DNA of 56,900 nt from Phoronis australis (taxonomy: Eukaryota > Animalia > Phoronida), in assembly GCA_002633005.1 (NCBI GenBank), contig NMRA01000654.1, forward strand, positions 1-56,900. Reading direction: 5' to 3'. Made by a program: the position numbers and the translations under genes. Below the pieces are notes generated by a model that was not told the DNA's origin, did no database searches, and saw only the letters and a list, made by a program, of their open reading frames with translations. Each line of letters starts with the position of its first letter. Position 1 is the stretch's first letter. Shown here piece after piece: positions 36,650 through 49,540 of this stretch.

Positions 36650-38095
36650 CAGGGCTTGGAATTTTCCGCGGAAACGCGGATTTCCGCTTTTTTCAAATGT
36701 TCTGTCCGCGCATTTTTATGCGCCCACATATTTATATGTGGACGCATTATGCCGTCATCTCTGTCCGTCCGTCCGGGCGGCGTCCGTCCGGCGTCTGGCG
36801 TCCGGCGTCCGCTGCTCTATCTCCAAAACCCTTTGACATACGTTCATGAAATTTGGCACATATGTTCCATTCATAAATGGGACGGCATGTGCGAACTTTC
36901 GGACGGATCCGACTACCGGTGTGCCCCCTAGTGGCAATTTTATTTTTTTACGCTTACCTTTGTATCTTCAAAAGTCCTGAACAGATTTTCATGAAATTTG
37001 GTATGTAGGCACCTAGTAGTGAGATGACGCTATCCTGCCGTTTTCATATGGATTCGACATAGTTTGCGCCACCTAGTGGCCATTTTTAGTGTTTTCGAGT
37101 CTGTTTTTGTGCGTCCACCCCTCTATCAACCAAACCGCTCAAAGGATGATTGTGAAAATTGGCATGTATATGCTTACTATGTAGAGCAAGTATATTTATG
37201 TGATGTTGACAACGGACGATGATGACTTTAGGATGATTCTGACTACCGGTATTCCTCTAGTGGCAATTTTAGTATTTGCCTCTAGTGGCAATTTTAGTAT
37301 TTTACATTGACCTCTGTATTTTCTTCAGGTGTGTACTTTGTGTTACTTCGTGACTATGAAGGAAAAGTTCCAAGTAGAAATTTGTTTCTGGCATTCTAAT
37401 GCTGTGCTAATCTCGTATGTTGGTAAATTTGTTTTTAATTCTATGTTTCTGTGGTGCTTTAAGCAACTGGTGTATAGGATGTGCTTGTATTATGAAGATT
37501 ACTCACATTTTGCCCCTAGCCTATTGAGGAGACAATGACCATGCCTTTCCATTTTGCNNNNNNNNNNNNNNNNNNNNNNNNNNNNNNNNNNNNNNNNNNN
37601 NNNNNNNNNNNNNNNNNNNNNNNNNNNNNNNNNNNNNNNNNNNNNNNNNNNNNNNNNNNNNNNNNNNNNNNNNNNNNNNAAAAAAAATCGGATTTGATAT
37701 AAAATTTCCTCGGCAAATTCCTTTCTTACCGCGGCGTTGCAGGCGACGTTCATCTCGAAAGTGGAAGTTGCTCTTATGATTTGGAGGAACGTAAATTGTC
37801 AACATTGCCGGGGCATCTGAGATAGCGTGGTGGGATTTTCAATGGCGTCTCGGTGACAAATACTACCGCTCCGCAGCCAAAAATGTGTGGGTTGGGAGTG
37901 GACGGACGAGCTAAAAGGACGCAGACGCATGCTACTCATGATGGTGACGTTTTTTTTTTGGTTTTTGTTTTTATTTTTGTCCTCCCGATTTTTGTCGGGG
38001 TAAGGTTCACACCGACCATTTCAAGGCTGGGTAGCACGCATTTTTTGGGCCGTAAAAGTTTCCGCGTTTTTTGTCATTGGTCATTCCAAGCCCTG
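36650..38095 (+). mobile_element. family D DNA transposon (6-bp TSD CTAATA), interrupted by a HINE and an assembly gap
   Basis: Perfect TIRs CAGGGCTTGGAAT / ATTCCAAGCCCTG; CTAATA at 36644-36649 and 38096-38101; halves 36650-36716 and 37680-38095 align to 25831-26319. Confidence 0.88.
36713..37327 (+). mobile_element. HINE copy 2 (5' part)
   Basis: TTTTTATGCGCCCACATATTTATATGTGGACGCAT hairpin, (GTCC)n/GGCGTCC repeats, same internal repeat with CCCCCTAGTGGC and GCGCCACCTAGTGGCC; inserted in a T-run; 3' end not seen before the N gap 37558-37679. Confidence 0.85.
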
Positions 38096-39372
38096 CTAAT
38101 ACTCTGCCCTGCCCCCCCAATTTAAAATCCTGGATCCAACCCTTATTCTGCCAAGCAGTCACCTACAGAGAATGAGAGTTTTGGGCAACCCTTTCAGGTC
38201 AAGTTGAAGAGTATGCCAGTCGTCTACACTGAACATAAATACAGTTTTTAGTATTCAAAGAACGCACAGGAAATGAGTTTCAATCACTCATATTTTGAAA
38301 CTTGAAGCTGCCAAGAAGTTAAGGGCTTTTTATAACAAATACGTAGCTGCAGGCAATTTCTTTGCTTCTTACTCGTGTGTTTACTGGTAAAACTAGAAAA
38401 GCTAGGTACGTTTTCCCCTGAACTTGTGCTAAAGTTGAACCCTTAGGTCATGCAGAGTTGCAATCAGAGTTGATGCCTAGTCAGTTACACTGTCTCTTTG
38501 ATGTAGTCTCCTAGTCTTGAAAAATCTAGTCCAACTTAATAAAATCGTCAGCACTGTATTCCTCTTGTTAAATGCTGGATTTTGTCCTGTTTAGCTGGCT
38601 AAAAGTGAACATGTAATCAGGTCTGATACAATATCGGTCTCTTGATGATCTTCACAGTTTACTTCCATTTGCATTTGGAACTCAAGTCACAGTCAATGTG
38701 TACATGTGACAATTTTGAATCTGCAGTTTTATGGTTGGCCAAAGTTAAACTCAGGTGCTTTCTTGAGTAGCTGATAGTATTCATGCTCTTCCGGTGACAG
38801 AAATAGAAATCTATCCTGTAAGGACTATTGTCAGAGCAATTTTCAGTTTTAGCCAGTTCAACAGATGCGGCTTTAAGGTTTTGAAAAACAAAAACAGTGC
38901 CAACTGGCTTACCACTGTAGCAGACATGTCCTGACCTTGGTATATCTTCACGTCCTTTGCCAAAAACAAGTATCAGACAATTCTGAGTAAAAATTATGCA
39001 TCAGAAAATCCTGGACTGACCAGCCCTTCCAGTTCTTTACCTTTTCAATCTCGCATTTCTTGTCAATGCTGTCGTGACCAGATTATTTTTTAAATTCAGT
39101 TTGATTGGCTTAATGAGTCAATGCATTTTGATTTCTCATTGAAGCAGTGTAGCTTTAACAAATATTTACACGTAATTGATAAACTGCCCCTTGGTCTTTG
39201 TTATTTTTTCAATAATGCTGGCTGAACTTTTTGTCATCTAGTGAGGCAATTTAAATTTGTGCCTTTCTTCTCTATTTACAGCATCACTTCATAACCTTAA
39301 AACATAAATGAAATGTTGTGTGTCTTGGAAAACTGCTAAACACCAAAACATCTTGATTTTTTTGTCTTTTAG

Positions 39373-39426
39373 GCACCTGTCATTATTTCTACAGGATGAA
39401 GGCTTGTGACTCTATGGTTTTGCTGG
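39373..39426 (+). CDS. C1orf43: C1orf43 homolog, coding exon 4
   Basis: tcttttAG|(G)TCHYFYRMKACDSMVLL|GTATGT, phase 1-1; family motif Y.YRMKA.D. Confidence 0.9.
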
Positions 39427-39616
39427 GTATGTAAGAGCGTGTTCAAAATTACAGCTATTTTTGCAAGCACATACTTTTATCATCCCTCCCGTCTGCAAAA
39501 GTTATTTTTTTATGTAGACTGTGTGACTATGTATTATTGTTCTGGCTTTTGTCCAGGGGGCGCTGTGTTCCATGTAGTCTGTGCACTGGTGATGTCATAC
39601 ATCAAATTTAGACTAA

Positions 39617-39853
39617 TGCAATGCTAAGGAAACCAGGGAAAGTGAGTACCAGAGGTTACACCTGATGCTCCAAATCCTTAACTGACACAGCCAGACCAGT
39701 GCAATATTGGGGAAACCAGGGAAACAGAGCACCAGAGGTTACACCTGGTGTTCCAAATCCTTAACTGACACAGCCAGACCAGTGCAATATTAGGGAAACC
39801 AGCGAAAGTGAGTACCAGAGGTTACACCTGCTGTTGCAAACCCTTAACTGACA
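39617..39853 (+). repeat. 83-bp tandem repeat, ~2.8 copies
   Basis: GGAAACCAG recurs at 39628, 39711 and 39794. Confidence 0.9.
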
Positions 39854-41032
39854 TTTTCTGCAACCGTGTTCAGAATGTACAGCCACTGGCTTTAGATGCT
39901 GGCAAATTCAGCTAAATTTACCTTGCATTTGGTATCTGGACTCAATTTGTTAAGGCAGCCTATGGTGAAGCACCCTCATTTGTCCCAATGTTTGCAGCGT
40001 TGTGTCACAAGTACCTATATTAGCCGTCGTCCTGTTGACTGTCTGGTCAGATTAATTCCTCTGTGTGCTTAGCTAAGTATGTCACGACCACAGCTGTACA
40101 CTGGGTTGTTATGAAGGTCACTCAATTTAATGATCTAACATTGTTCAATTGGAAATTTGAATCGGAAGTGTTAATTTCACAGAAAAGTGGTCATGATGAA
40201 AGTATTTAATGGAGATTTTAGCCATATGTATAATTATCTTCATCTTAACCAAACCTGTGAAGTTCCAAAGTGCCAAAGTGGCAACTCTTTTTTTTTCATG
40301 TTTTGACACTCAAAGATTATAGTATGCAGTTTCTAAGGGTAATTCATGAGACTCGTATTTTTAACAATGAACATTTATTTTTTGTGATATCTCAAATTCA
40401 GCAGGGAAATATTTACAAACAAGAATTAAACTAAAAGCCTTTGCTCACTGTGCGCGGGCAATTAAAGTCCTTACACTACTCATCCATGACATTGGTCATT
40501 GATGTGAGTTATTCGTATTTGAAAAGTCACAAATGTGTGCAGTTCTTCATACCATGCGGAGTGTATCAGCAAAACCAAGAGGAAACTGTGGTATATACAT
40601 GTGTGTAGGGCTTTCATAATTCCTGATTGAATATCACAAGTGGCTGGGGGTGGGCAAGTGCACACACCGACAACACATACAGCTGCAGTTTGTAGTTTGT
40701 CATGGAGCACAGCAGTGAGTGGGATTATTGGTTTGCGAATGAACTGGCCCACAGCAGGATAAGGATTAAGCAGCTGACGTTTGAAATCACCTGACCTCAA
40801 TAAACATGTTACCTGAGGCAATGCTCGTTATCTTGATAACAATGAAAATAGTTTGATGTAAGCCTGTCTGTGAAATAAAGGTCATCATACGCAATGCACG
40901 GCTTCTTTGATAAAGTGCAGGACTTGTTGATTAGGGGATAATGAGCCCCAAACATTTTCTCAGAGCCTTCCCGTAATGGACAAATCAAACACATTAATTT
41001 TATATTGACATTTTCTTTAAAATTCTCATTAG

Positions 41033-41196
41033 ATAAGGAACTGTCTGCATACAGCGTCAACGTTCGTCGGAAGCCTCATCAAGACATACGCCATTTTCTT
41101 TTGGGCTTGAGGACAACGGGGCCACTAGAGGGTGCTTCCACAGAACTCGTTCACAACTTCTGTCGAGCTTACGATCATGCGAAACACGATCCCGAG
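41033..41196 (+). CDS. C1orf43: C1orf43 homolog, coding exon 5
   Basis: ttctcattAG|DKELSAYSVNVRRKPHQDIRHFLLGLRTTGPLEGASTELVHNFCRAYDHAKHDPE|GTACTG; phase 1-0; aligns with human FRSYLLDLR...PFKG...YETARYG. Confidence 0.88.
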
Positions 41197-41555
41197 GTAC
41201 TGTATTGTCACCAAGAGCTTGTTTCTCAGAAAAATGGCTTTTCATTTCAAGGCTCAAAGACTCTTCAGTGGATCACTGACATACATTGTAATGCTTCTCA
41301 AAGTACAAAAAAGACCAGATTTGAAGTTTTTTTTTTTTTTTTTTTTTATTGTGATATTTAAAATGAGGGTGGAGAAGTTGTAAATTCAGTGACAGCTAAC
41401 AAATTCTTCCATGCATTCAGTTTTGCAACAAATACACAACCAGTATGTAACTGTTGAACCGGATGACAAAAAATCAATCTTGGGAAAAATGATCATTACA
41501 TTGGTGGCTGTAGTAATATTACTGTTTAAGATTGACAGTGTTTTATCAATTGCAG

Positions 41556-41614
41556 AGGTTTGGTTTGCCCGAGTACAATTCATTTATGGATCTTCTTAAA
41601 GAATTGATTAATTG
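41556..41614 (+). CDS. C1orf43: C1orf43 homolog, coding exon 6
   Basis: aattgcAG|RFGLPEYNSFMDLLKELIN-TG|GTAAGT; phase 0-2; aligns with human VFGQNEYLRYQEALSEL. Confidence 0.88.
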
Positions 41615-42550
41615 GTAAGTCATGTTGAACTTCATTAGCATTTTTAGGTATTAGTTTACTTTTGCAACATCTTTGTGAAAACCACATGGGAGTCGTCATG
41701 GAGATAGATTGCTTTAATTATAACTCAAAGTTGCTATGAACTTACGGAAAGTTCAATATCTTGAGAACGTGCTGCATGGGTAAAGGGACAATTTGTAAAT
41801 GAAGATTGCCTGCATTCGATTCAAGAACCGGCAAACCACCGTAGAGACAATGTAGTGTGACTTACTGCACGTGTGAACTATTTTTCAGCCATACAAGGGC
41901 CTTCTCAAGTAAACAAGTGTATCCAAAACATTGTAAATAAGTCCCCATTAAGAGTTTTCTTGTAACCATAACACACACTGTCTCGTTTGTTTTTATGATT
42001 TCGCATAGTTTGTATGCTCACCTATGTTAGAAACGGACTCAATTACTGTCCAAATTAAGACCGAAGACCAAAAACCAACTTCACTTTCATGCAATGGTCT
42101 TTTTTGACCTCGTCTTCAGCTTTAGCTTAACCCAATTTTTATCTTAACTTATACAAACTTATCGTCTTAAGTCTTGAGTCATTTTTCGTGAAAAGAGGGC
42201 CCCTCGTCACAAGCAGCTGCGCACTGTCAGTCTTTCTCAAGACAAGCTGAGACCCGTTTTACCGTGGGTAAATGGTCAAAGTGAAAAGTAGTACATTTTT
42301 GACGAAATTAACCTTATATCAGTTTTAATCGTTCAGTCTCAGTTGCTTCAGTGGCTGTCCCATTGGCGAGGTTAGGCCAATTTTATCTATCATAGTCTGC
42401 ACATGGAGCCTCGCTATCATTGGTCTTTTCTCTTGAATACTTTATTTTCTTTTATCAGGAACTGCATTTTTTCTCAGGCACTACAGTCCTGCCCTTAAAA
42501 GCACTTTTCTTTTTTTCATGAATCGCCACTTTTTGCTGTCCAAAGGAAGA

Positions 42551-42960
42551 CATGAGTCAGCCATGATTGACACCATGTGACCTGTACTTCACTTGATTCA
42601 ACCAGCATTGACACTGTTTGACATGTAGTTCGCATGATTCAACCATGATTGACACCGTGTGACATGTAGTTCACATGATTCAACCATGATCGACACCGTG
42701 TGACATGTAGTTCACATGAGTCAACCATGATCGACACCGTGTGACATGTAGTTCACATGAGTCAACCACGATTGACACTGTGTGACGTGTATTTCACGTG
42801 TTTCAACCATCATTGACACCATGTTACATGTAGTTCACATGAGTCAACCACCATTGACACCGTGTGATATGTAGTTCACATGAGTCAACCATCATTGACA
42901 CTGTCTGACATGTAGTTCACGTGATTCAACAATGATTGACACTGTCTGACATGCACTTCA
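42551..42960 (+). repeat. 41-bp minisatellite, 10 copies (CATGAKTCAACCATGATTGACACCGTGTGACATGTAGTTCA)
   Basis: Unit starts at 42551, 42592, 42633, 42674 ...; lies in the last C1orf43 intron. Confidence 0.95.
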
Positions 42961-43148
42961 CACGTGTCTGTTTACTGAGTTCAGTTGTTTGTCATGGCTG
43001 AACACGAATGCAGTGTATGAGAAAAGAACAGATCATGAGAAACTATTCATATTAATGAAAAAGAAAGCTATGAATAAGAAGGCCCTTATTGTCTTTTTTG
43101 GGAATTAAGATAATATATTATGCGTAGTTTTGAACTTGCACTCTTCAG

Positions 43149-43617
43149 CGTCCTGGTCAATAAGGCAAGGAAGAGCAGTCACTCAGTGACAGTGGTACCC
43201 TCTGTGACAGACTCTCCCAACGAGTCAACGGCGTTGAGAACTGACATCCTCATGCACAGTGGCCAGGAGCAGATCGCGCATGGCAAATTAGACCTACACC
43301 TCCCTCTACTGCACAGTGGAGAGTCCCACGGGCACAAAGGTCAGCATGGCCAGAATAGCGAGGAGCAAGAATCTCTGTTAGGTGATGACGATGACGACAC
43401 TTTGGTGAACGAGGATGATAGCATGGAGTCAGGGAGTGTCTTAACATCACCAGGGGCGGAGCTTAAGTCTTTGATGGGTGCTGTCGGGGAATCGGGAGGG
43501 CAGACTCTAGACATGGTGACCTTTGTTCAACCCAATAGTGGCACGCTGACTCATAGAGTACGCACATCTCAACAGGAGAGTGGACATCTCTTGCGTAAAG
43601 GGGAAGCGAATTTATAG
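43149..43617 (+). CDS. C1orf43: C1orf43 homolog, last coding exon (low-complexity His/acidic tail)
   Basis: Acceptor cactcttcAG|C is phase 2, as required by exon 6; open for 155 codons to TAG; AATAAA at 44437-44442. Confidence 0.8.
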
Positions 43618-44602
43618 TACTGTCAGCAATGTTGCAGTGTGCCTGGGGTATGATGTATTAATGGTGATGTTCTTGATCAGAGGTGAGATGGCCGTGGCTT
43701 GGTGTTATTGCAAATGGGAATGTATGGTTATAAAAATGATGCTCGGTAAATTCGATGCAGACCAAAATCACACTTGCCCGCCACCGTCATAAACCACTGT
43801 CTGCTGTTGAGCAGTTGAGATACATTGCTCATGGCTATGACTGACTGTAGAACCATTGATAAAACAGAACCCCCGTTTATTACTTTGACTCCTCTGTAGG
43901 GAGTCTCAAAACAACTGTGCTGCTTCGCACGGCAAACGAATGTGGCTGTAGTGAACCTATTAGAAAAGTTCCAAGAGGTTGTTGTATAGTAACACACTGT
44001 GCTGGTGCTGATGTTCTGGTTATTTCATGTTCTGGTTATTCTTAACTTTTTTGTTCTGCATTTCCAGTGACATGTGCTCAGTTGTAGTGAAGTCAGACAT
44101 TGTCATGGTAACAACAACGTTAACATGACGTCAGCCTTGGCTGTTCTCCCACTGTTAGGCTTTAGAAATATTTTTCTAAAATCTAGAGCACTGCGGACTT
44201 TGAAGTGTGTCACAAGGTGGCGCTTCCTTCTATTGTTCATTAGTCCAGTCAATGATGTGTGAACATGTGCAAGTTGCAATTTGTGTAATTTTGTTTCATA
44301 AAACGAACCTTTTTAGAGTGAAATCTACCTGCTCTCAGAGTCTCCAAGGCTAAAGTCTGGCAAATGTCTCTTTGATGATATTTACACTGTTCCATTGTGT
44401 ACATGTATCATCTGTTGTTAATGAATTTTGTATACTAATAAAAGATTACAGCTTTGTCTCAAGGCCAAGTGGCGTGAGTTGGTGAATGATTCATACACAA
44501 TGATGTTAATCAGTCATACATGGTTGAGCCGTATCCTCAGGCTGACATGCTTACTTGACATAAGGCCATTGATACTCAGGAACATGTTGCCAGCCTGGCA
44601 AT

Positions 44603-45858
44603 GTGTCGTCATCCCCACCTGTCCGTCTGTCTAGCATCCACTGCTTTATATCCAAAACGCTATATGGATGTTCCTGTCACAAATGGAATGGGGATGAGCG
44701 AATTTTTGGACAGATCCAGCTACTGACGTGCCCCCTAGTGGTAATTTTAGTATTTTATGGTACCTCTGTAGCACTGAGCATGGTAGCATTGGAGTTTTTT
44801 GAGGGATTTTCGTGAAACCGGGCTGCTATTTTTTAAAGAGACGATGTTGCCTTCTCGTTTTTGGATTGATTTGACGTATTGTGCAACACCTTGTGGCCAT
44901 TTTTACTGTTTTAGGTGTTCTGGTTTTGGATTCTGTCGGCCACTAAGGTTCATGGGAAAATGTGTTCCTACTGGGAAGTGCACGACTGACCATGATGGAT
45001 CTGACTGCTGTGACACAGTCTTGTGGCATTTTTTGCCTGGGGCTCTGTACAAGTTTTGATGTATCTTCATGAAATTTGTGGCATTTTTTGCCTGGGGCTC
45101 TGTACAAGTTTTGATGTATCTTCATGAAATTTGTGACATTTTTTGCCTGGGGCTTTGTACAAGTTTTGATGNTGTATCTTCATGAAATTTGTGGCATTTT
45201 TTGCCTGTGGCTTTGTACAAGTTTTGATGTATCTTCATGAAATTTGTGGCATTTTTTGCCTGTGGCTTTGTACAAGTTTTGATGTATCTTCATGAAATTT
45301 GTGGCATTTTTTGCCTGGGGCTTTGTACAAGTTTTGATGTATCTTCATGAAATTTGGCATGTCACGGTGTTTCTGGCTATTGAACGAGATAGTAAATCTG
45401 ACATGGATTTGGCACAAATGAATCCAGATACTACTGAGCTGCCTAGGGGCAATGTGTGTTTTTCTTTGCATTTGTCTTGACATCTAATGAGTTTCGTAGT
45501 GGATGTTCAAGAAATTTGGCAAACATGTTACTATCGTGTAGGCACTATAATAGCAGCCTTGATTTCAGGTGGATTTGACCTACGTTGCGGCCCCTGGTGG
45601 CCTTAGTTGTGTCCATTGTGGTCTGCGCCTTTCTTTCCTGCAAATTTCTTGAAAATCATCAGTGTTGAAAGGGACCACCGTCTGATGTGTGTTCCTGTTG
45701 AGGAGAGAATTTCTGATTTGCTTTTCTATTCCTGGCAGCTATTACTAGATTCACTAGTATTGATCCCTTTAATGGGGTTATTTTAAATAATCGTCTCTTG
45801 TAGCTGAGCTATGTGGGATGCGCTGTGGGTGCATTTCAACGCTCCCTGTTGCTCATGG
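44603..45858 (+). mobile_element. HINE copy 3, diverged
   Basis: GTCCGTCTGTC patch, TGCCCCCTAGTGG unit, and 3' end GTGGGTGCATTTCAACGCTCCCTGTTGCTC matching 16593-16622. Confidence 0.75.
45021..45357 (+). repeat. 55-bp tandem repeat, ~6 near-identical copies inside HINE copy 3
   Basis: TTGTGGCATTTTTTGCCTGGGGCTYTGTACAAGTTTTGATGTATCTTCATGAAAT at 45021, 45076, 45131 ...; the N at 45172 makes the copy number uncertain. Confidence 0.93.
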
Positions 45859-46607
45859 TACTTTGTTGTACATTTTCCAAGCAGCCTAAAAATTGCAGAC
45901 GCATTTAAAACAACTGGCTGCCTCAACGAAAAATAAGGTTCGGCTACCTACTACTCGATCACTCCTCTGCCTGGTGCTCTCGCACTCACGATATTGTGTA
46001 TTTGATTCACTATGCGGCGTTATTGAGACCTCTCATCACTATGTACTATGGTAGCCCGAAATACGGAACTTCGGCACTCAACTGAATAGGTTTCATGTTT
46101 TACCAATCTCCCATAGTGTCACCCCGGCCGGCACCGTGACGAATTAGTATGTCAGTTGGATGTTTTCGTCACCGTGCCGTTTATTACGGATTGGTCTGTC
46201 ACTTACATGTGATAGATTGATTATTATAACTTCAGTGTACAGATTGCAATACTACGAACATCAATGGTATGTAGTTAGCCTACTTAATTTGATAATAAAG
46301 TGATTTACTGCCGTGCAGCAGTGTGATACACTCCGAAACCGCCGACTGGGATATGATACGTCACCAGAGGGTGACTGGTTAGCTAAAAGTATGCATTTTT
46401 ATTCAAATCGTCAGCAAACCAATAGCAGAAGGACGACTTCATGTTCACCAGTGCCACAGCGGTCCCACCTGTGGAATTGGCATTAGTTCGAGTAGTCACG
46501 GGAGGGCTTCAGTACCTTACATGCGCCCGACGCTAGGTGTGATGAACTACTCTCGACCTACTCAGGTTTTAAAATAGACCCGGACCATTAGTCATTTGTA
46601 CAACCTG

Positions 46608-46998
46608 GGCCCGGTCTCTAATCTTTGTACTCGAAACGGACTCGAAATTATTTTTGGCAATTTCTCTGCTCCTTTTGCGCGAACTCAATTTAAGTGGTTA
46701 TCAGATTGTGCTCGAATAATTATAGTTAATGCATATGAGTTTATAGTCCACGTTTGCACTTAAAGACTCTTAAACTCGAGTGAAAACTCAAAATTTCGAG
46801 TTCAAACTCGAACTTTTAGCTTTAATGTTGGGTTTATTAACTGCACACTAGGACTAATGAATTATCCACAGACGTAAGTCATTATGTACTCGAGCATAGA
46901 ATAATAGACACTTCTCTTGAATTCGCACAAAGGTAGAGTAAAAAATGCCAAACATAATTTCGAGTTCCATTTTGTGTAAAAAGATTCGAGACTGGGCC
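46608..46998. mobile_element. ~390-bp PIF/Harbinger-like MITE
   Basis: ~80-bp imperfect TIRs GGCCCGGTCTCTAATCTTT...CTCGAAATTATTTTTGGCA / TGCCAAACATAATTTCGAG...AAAGATTCGAGACTGGGCC; CTG/CAG flanks. Confidence 0.8.
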
Positions 46999-48539
46999 CA
47001 GGTGAAAATACAATTTTCCATACGTTTCCTCGTCGACGCTTATCTCTAACTCTCGAGCACTTTTGTTACGATAGGACTAGTTGCGCTGTGAGCCAACAAC
47101 AAGACTAGCGAGTGCCTGAAAGGTGCCGAGAGACAGACAAGTCAAACATTATTGCACTGGCGAGGTCATGTTGTCGAACATTTCTAGTTTGGTGTTCATG
47201 AATGGAGGTATTTTCTGTGCAAACATGCGTTATTACAGATATAAAGCCATGTGCATACACGTACTACACACTAACTGGCCTGAACGGCTTTGTGTTTACA
47301 AAGTTATTCCTTTGCAGAAAAAGAATTAGTGTACCGATTTGCAGGCTTCTTGCGAACTGTTATTCACACAAATGCCCAACTGAAGACTCCCGTGCAATAT
47401 AACATGAAGACTAGAAGGGGCATATAAAGCCCAAATTATTCCCGGCAACTTCATTAGCAGTCGACACTGTAAAATCAGCTGAAATGGGTGAAAATGAACT
47501 GTATACCAATAATTTACCAAAACAGCATTGATATATTTAATTGTGTCGTACGTCTTTGTGTGTTATGCAAACTCGTGTTAAGTGATTATCGGATGGCTTG
47601 GTAAGTAGAGTGTTCAACTTACTGCCAGGTATAAGTCCACGTATGTCATGGCTGTGGCCATTATCACAAGCGCACCAATCGTTAGCCTTATTGATTGACA
47701 TAGTCTCGTCACTGGAACAATCGATGCAACCGACATAAAGTTCCGAATAGGCAAGTCGATTTGCAAACGTCAAAATCAGAGCTGGGCCGATACTGATTTA
47801 TAAATGACATGACAAGATCGTAAATGTAAGCCCGACCGGGCAACCAGAACTGTTCACAAGTTAGACCAAACTCTTGGCTGAACTTGGCTGAAACGCTTAA
47901 CGATTTTGTTTATTCATAGACGAGGATACAAAATCCAATTTACAAACTCGAACTAGAGCAAAAAACAAACTAATTTAGATCACCTAGGATATCAATTTTT
48001 GTTGTGGGCTCGAAAAAAAAGAACCCGTTTGAAGGGAGCTTCCCTGGAGATCACCCTTTCGTCGACCGTTCTTTTGTAGGTGTTAATTCCATACATATGA
48101 CTCTCGGGGAGAATGTGGGCCAGCTCTTTCAGTATATAACTCGGCCTGAAACAGTTCAATAGAGATGCTATATGCTCCCAAAAATGAGAATTTCCGTCTC
48201 GGGCCGTTTGAAGCCGGCAGAGCTCGAAGCTTTTGTTGAGTTTCTAACTTCAAAAGTAGACTCAGTTCAGTTTTTTTAGGACAAGAACGAAAAGTCATCC
48301 TTATGGAATTTAGTCTTGGGAAACTGGTCGCCTTCACGTTCAAAAAATGACGGTGTGGGACTATATTTATGGTACCGACCCCTGGGTATAAACACACTCT
48401 GCATGACTGGCTAGGGGAGATTCAACCGTGTTATTCGACAGAAAAAAATCGCGGAGCATCTAACCAAGTGCATGCCGACGGTTTTGGTTTGGAGGGGGCT
48501 AAATGTGCCTACATGCACTAACATTGGGCTATTGACCTG

Positions 48540-48860
48540 TGCCCAGTTGCATGAAACAGTTCCAAATAGGGACTCAACTAGGTAACCTGAATCTTTTTCG
48601 TATTTGTTTCGTTCACTAGGCACGAATTTAGTACATTTTCCATAATTTTATCTTTATTTATATGAGCTCTTCTTTGACTAATGGCATTTTCTAATAATAA
48701 AATTAAAAACTGAGCCCTTAATTCAATCAAAATAGTTAAGGACATAGTGCTTAAATTGGGGGCGTTGCATAAAAAGAATCCTACTTATTTTCAAAAATAT
48801 TGAGAATACAATCTTGAGTTCACTCTTGATTTGTCAAAGCCACAAATTGTAATGAGACTC
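48540..48860 (-). mobile_element. partial family B MITE
   Basis: GCCCAGTTGCATGAAACAGTTCCAAATAGGGACTCAACTAG TIR; 48760-48840 matches the reverse complement of ~7295-7380. Confidence 0.65.
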
Positions 48861-49540
48861 AAGGAATGTCAGATTAAGAAGGGTATTCTTAATGCCTGCC
48901 AACAGTGTCAGCTTGGGGACGACATAACTAACTAGGGTCTTTCGATTGCATGGATATACAACGCATTGGTAAAAATAATTATGAAAATTCGTGTAAAGAT
49001 TCTTCTGAGATTTCTGGGGGGTTTAAAGTACATGATGGAAATGCATGCAATTATGAATTACGCTTTCCGAAAAACAAATTCCCCGTGTTGTCCAAGCTAA
49101 GCAAGCAACTAAAGACGTGTTGAACAAGGCCACAGAACATTGAAAAGGAACACATCAAGTTTTATGAAAATGACACTCAGTCACGTATTAGGTGTTAATT
49201 CGTTACGCGGTGGTTCTACTGTCGCGAGGCGCAGGGTCAATCACAGTTCCGAAGGAAAAATTGTTCGAGGTGAACATGGCATGAAGACGATGTTTTATTG
49301 GTGGAGTCCAGCGGAGCACAAGCACAACTGTGATTCACCGCCAACCGTCAAAAACTTTAGTTTTGTCTACTTCAGTGCATATAATAATGAAATTAATTGA
49401 TCTCATTGTTTTCCCTCAAATTAGTTATTGTTTGAAACCACCAGACTTTTAAAAGACGGCTTGTCACGACGTGTTACTTAAGCGCGCGTTGTCCCATGTA
49501 AAGAGTCATAGCCTACTAAGGTACAAGCTAAGACCCGGGT

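Larger units (their letters stand above)
36541..38144 (+). mobile_element. family C MITE, split by nested insertions (own sequence 36541-36649 and 38102-38144)
   Basis: Matches the reverse complement of 7551-7681; ATTCT on both flanks (36536-36540, 38145-38149). Confidence 0.75.

Noticed and set aside
37499-37805. ORFs containing poly-X
   Set aside because: They read through the N gap at 37558-37679.
42551-42960. CRISPR-like array
   Set aside because: Contiguous 41-bp units with no unique spacers, no cas genes, and a eukaryotic intron context.
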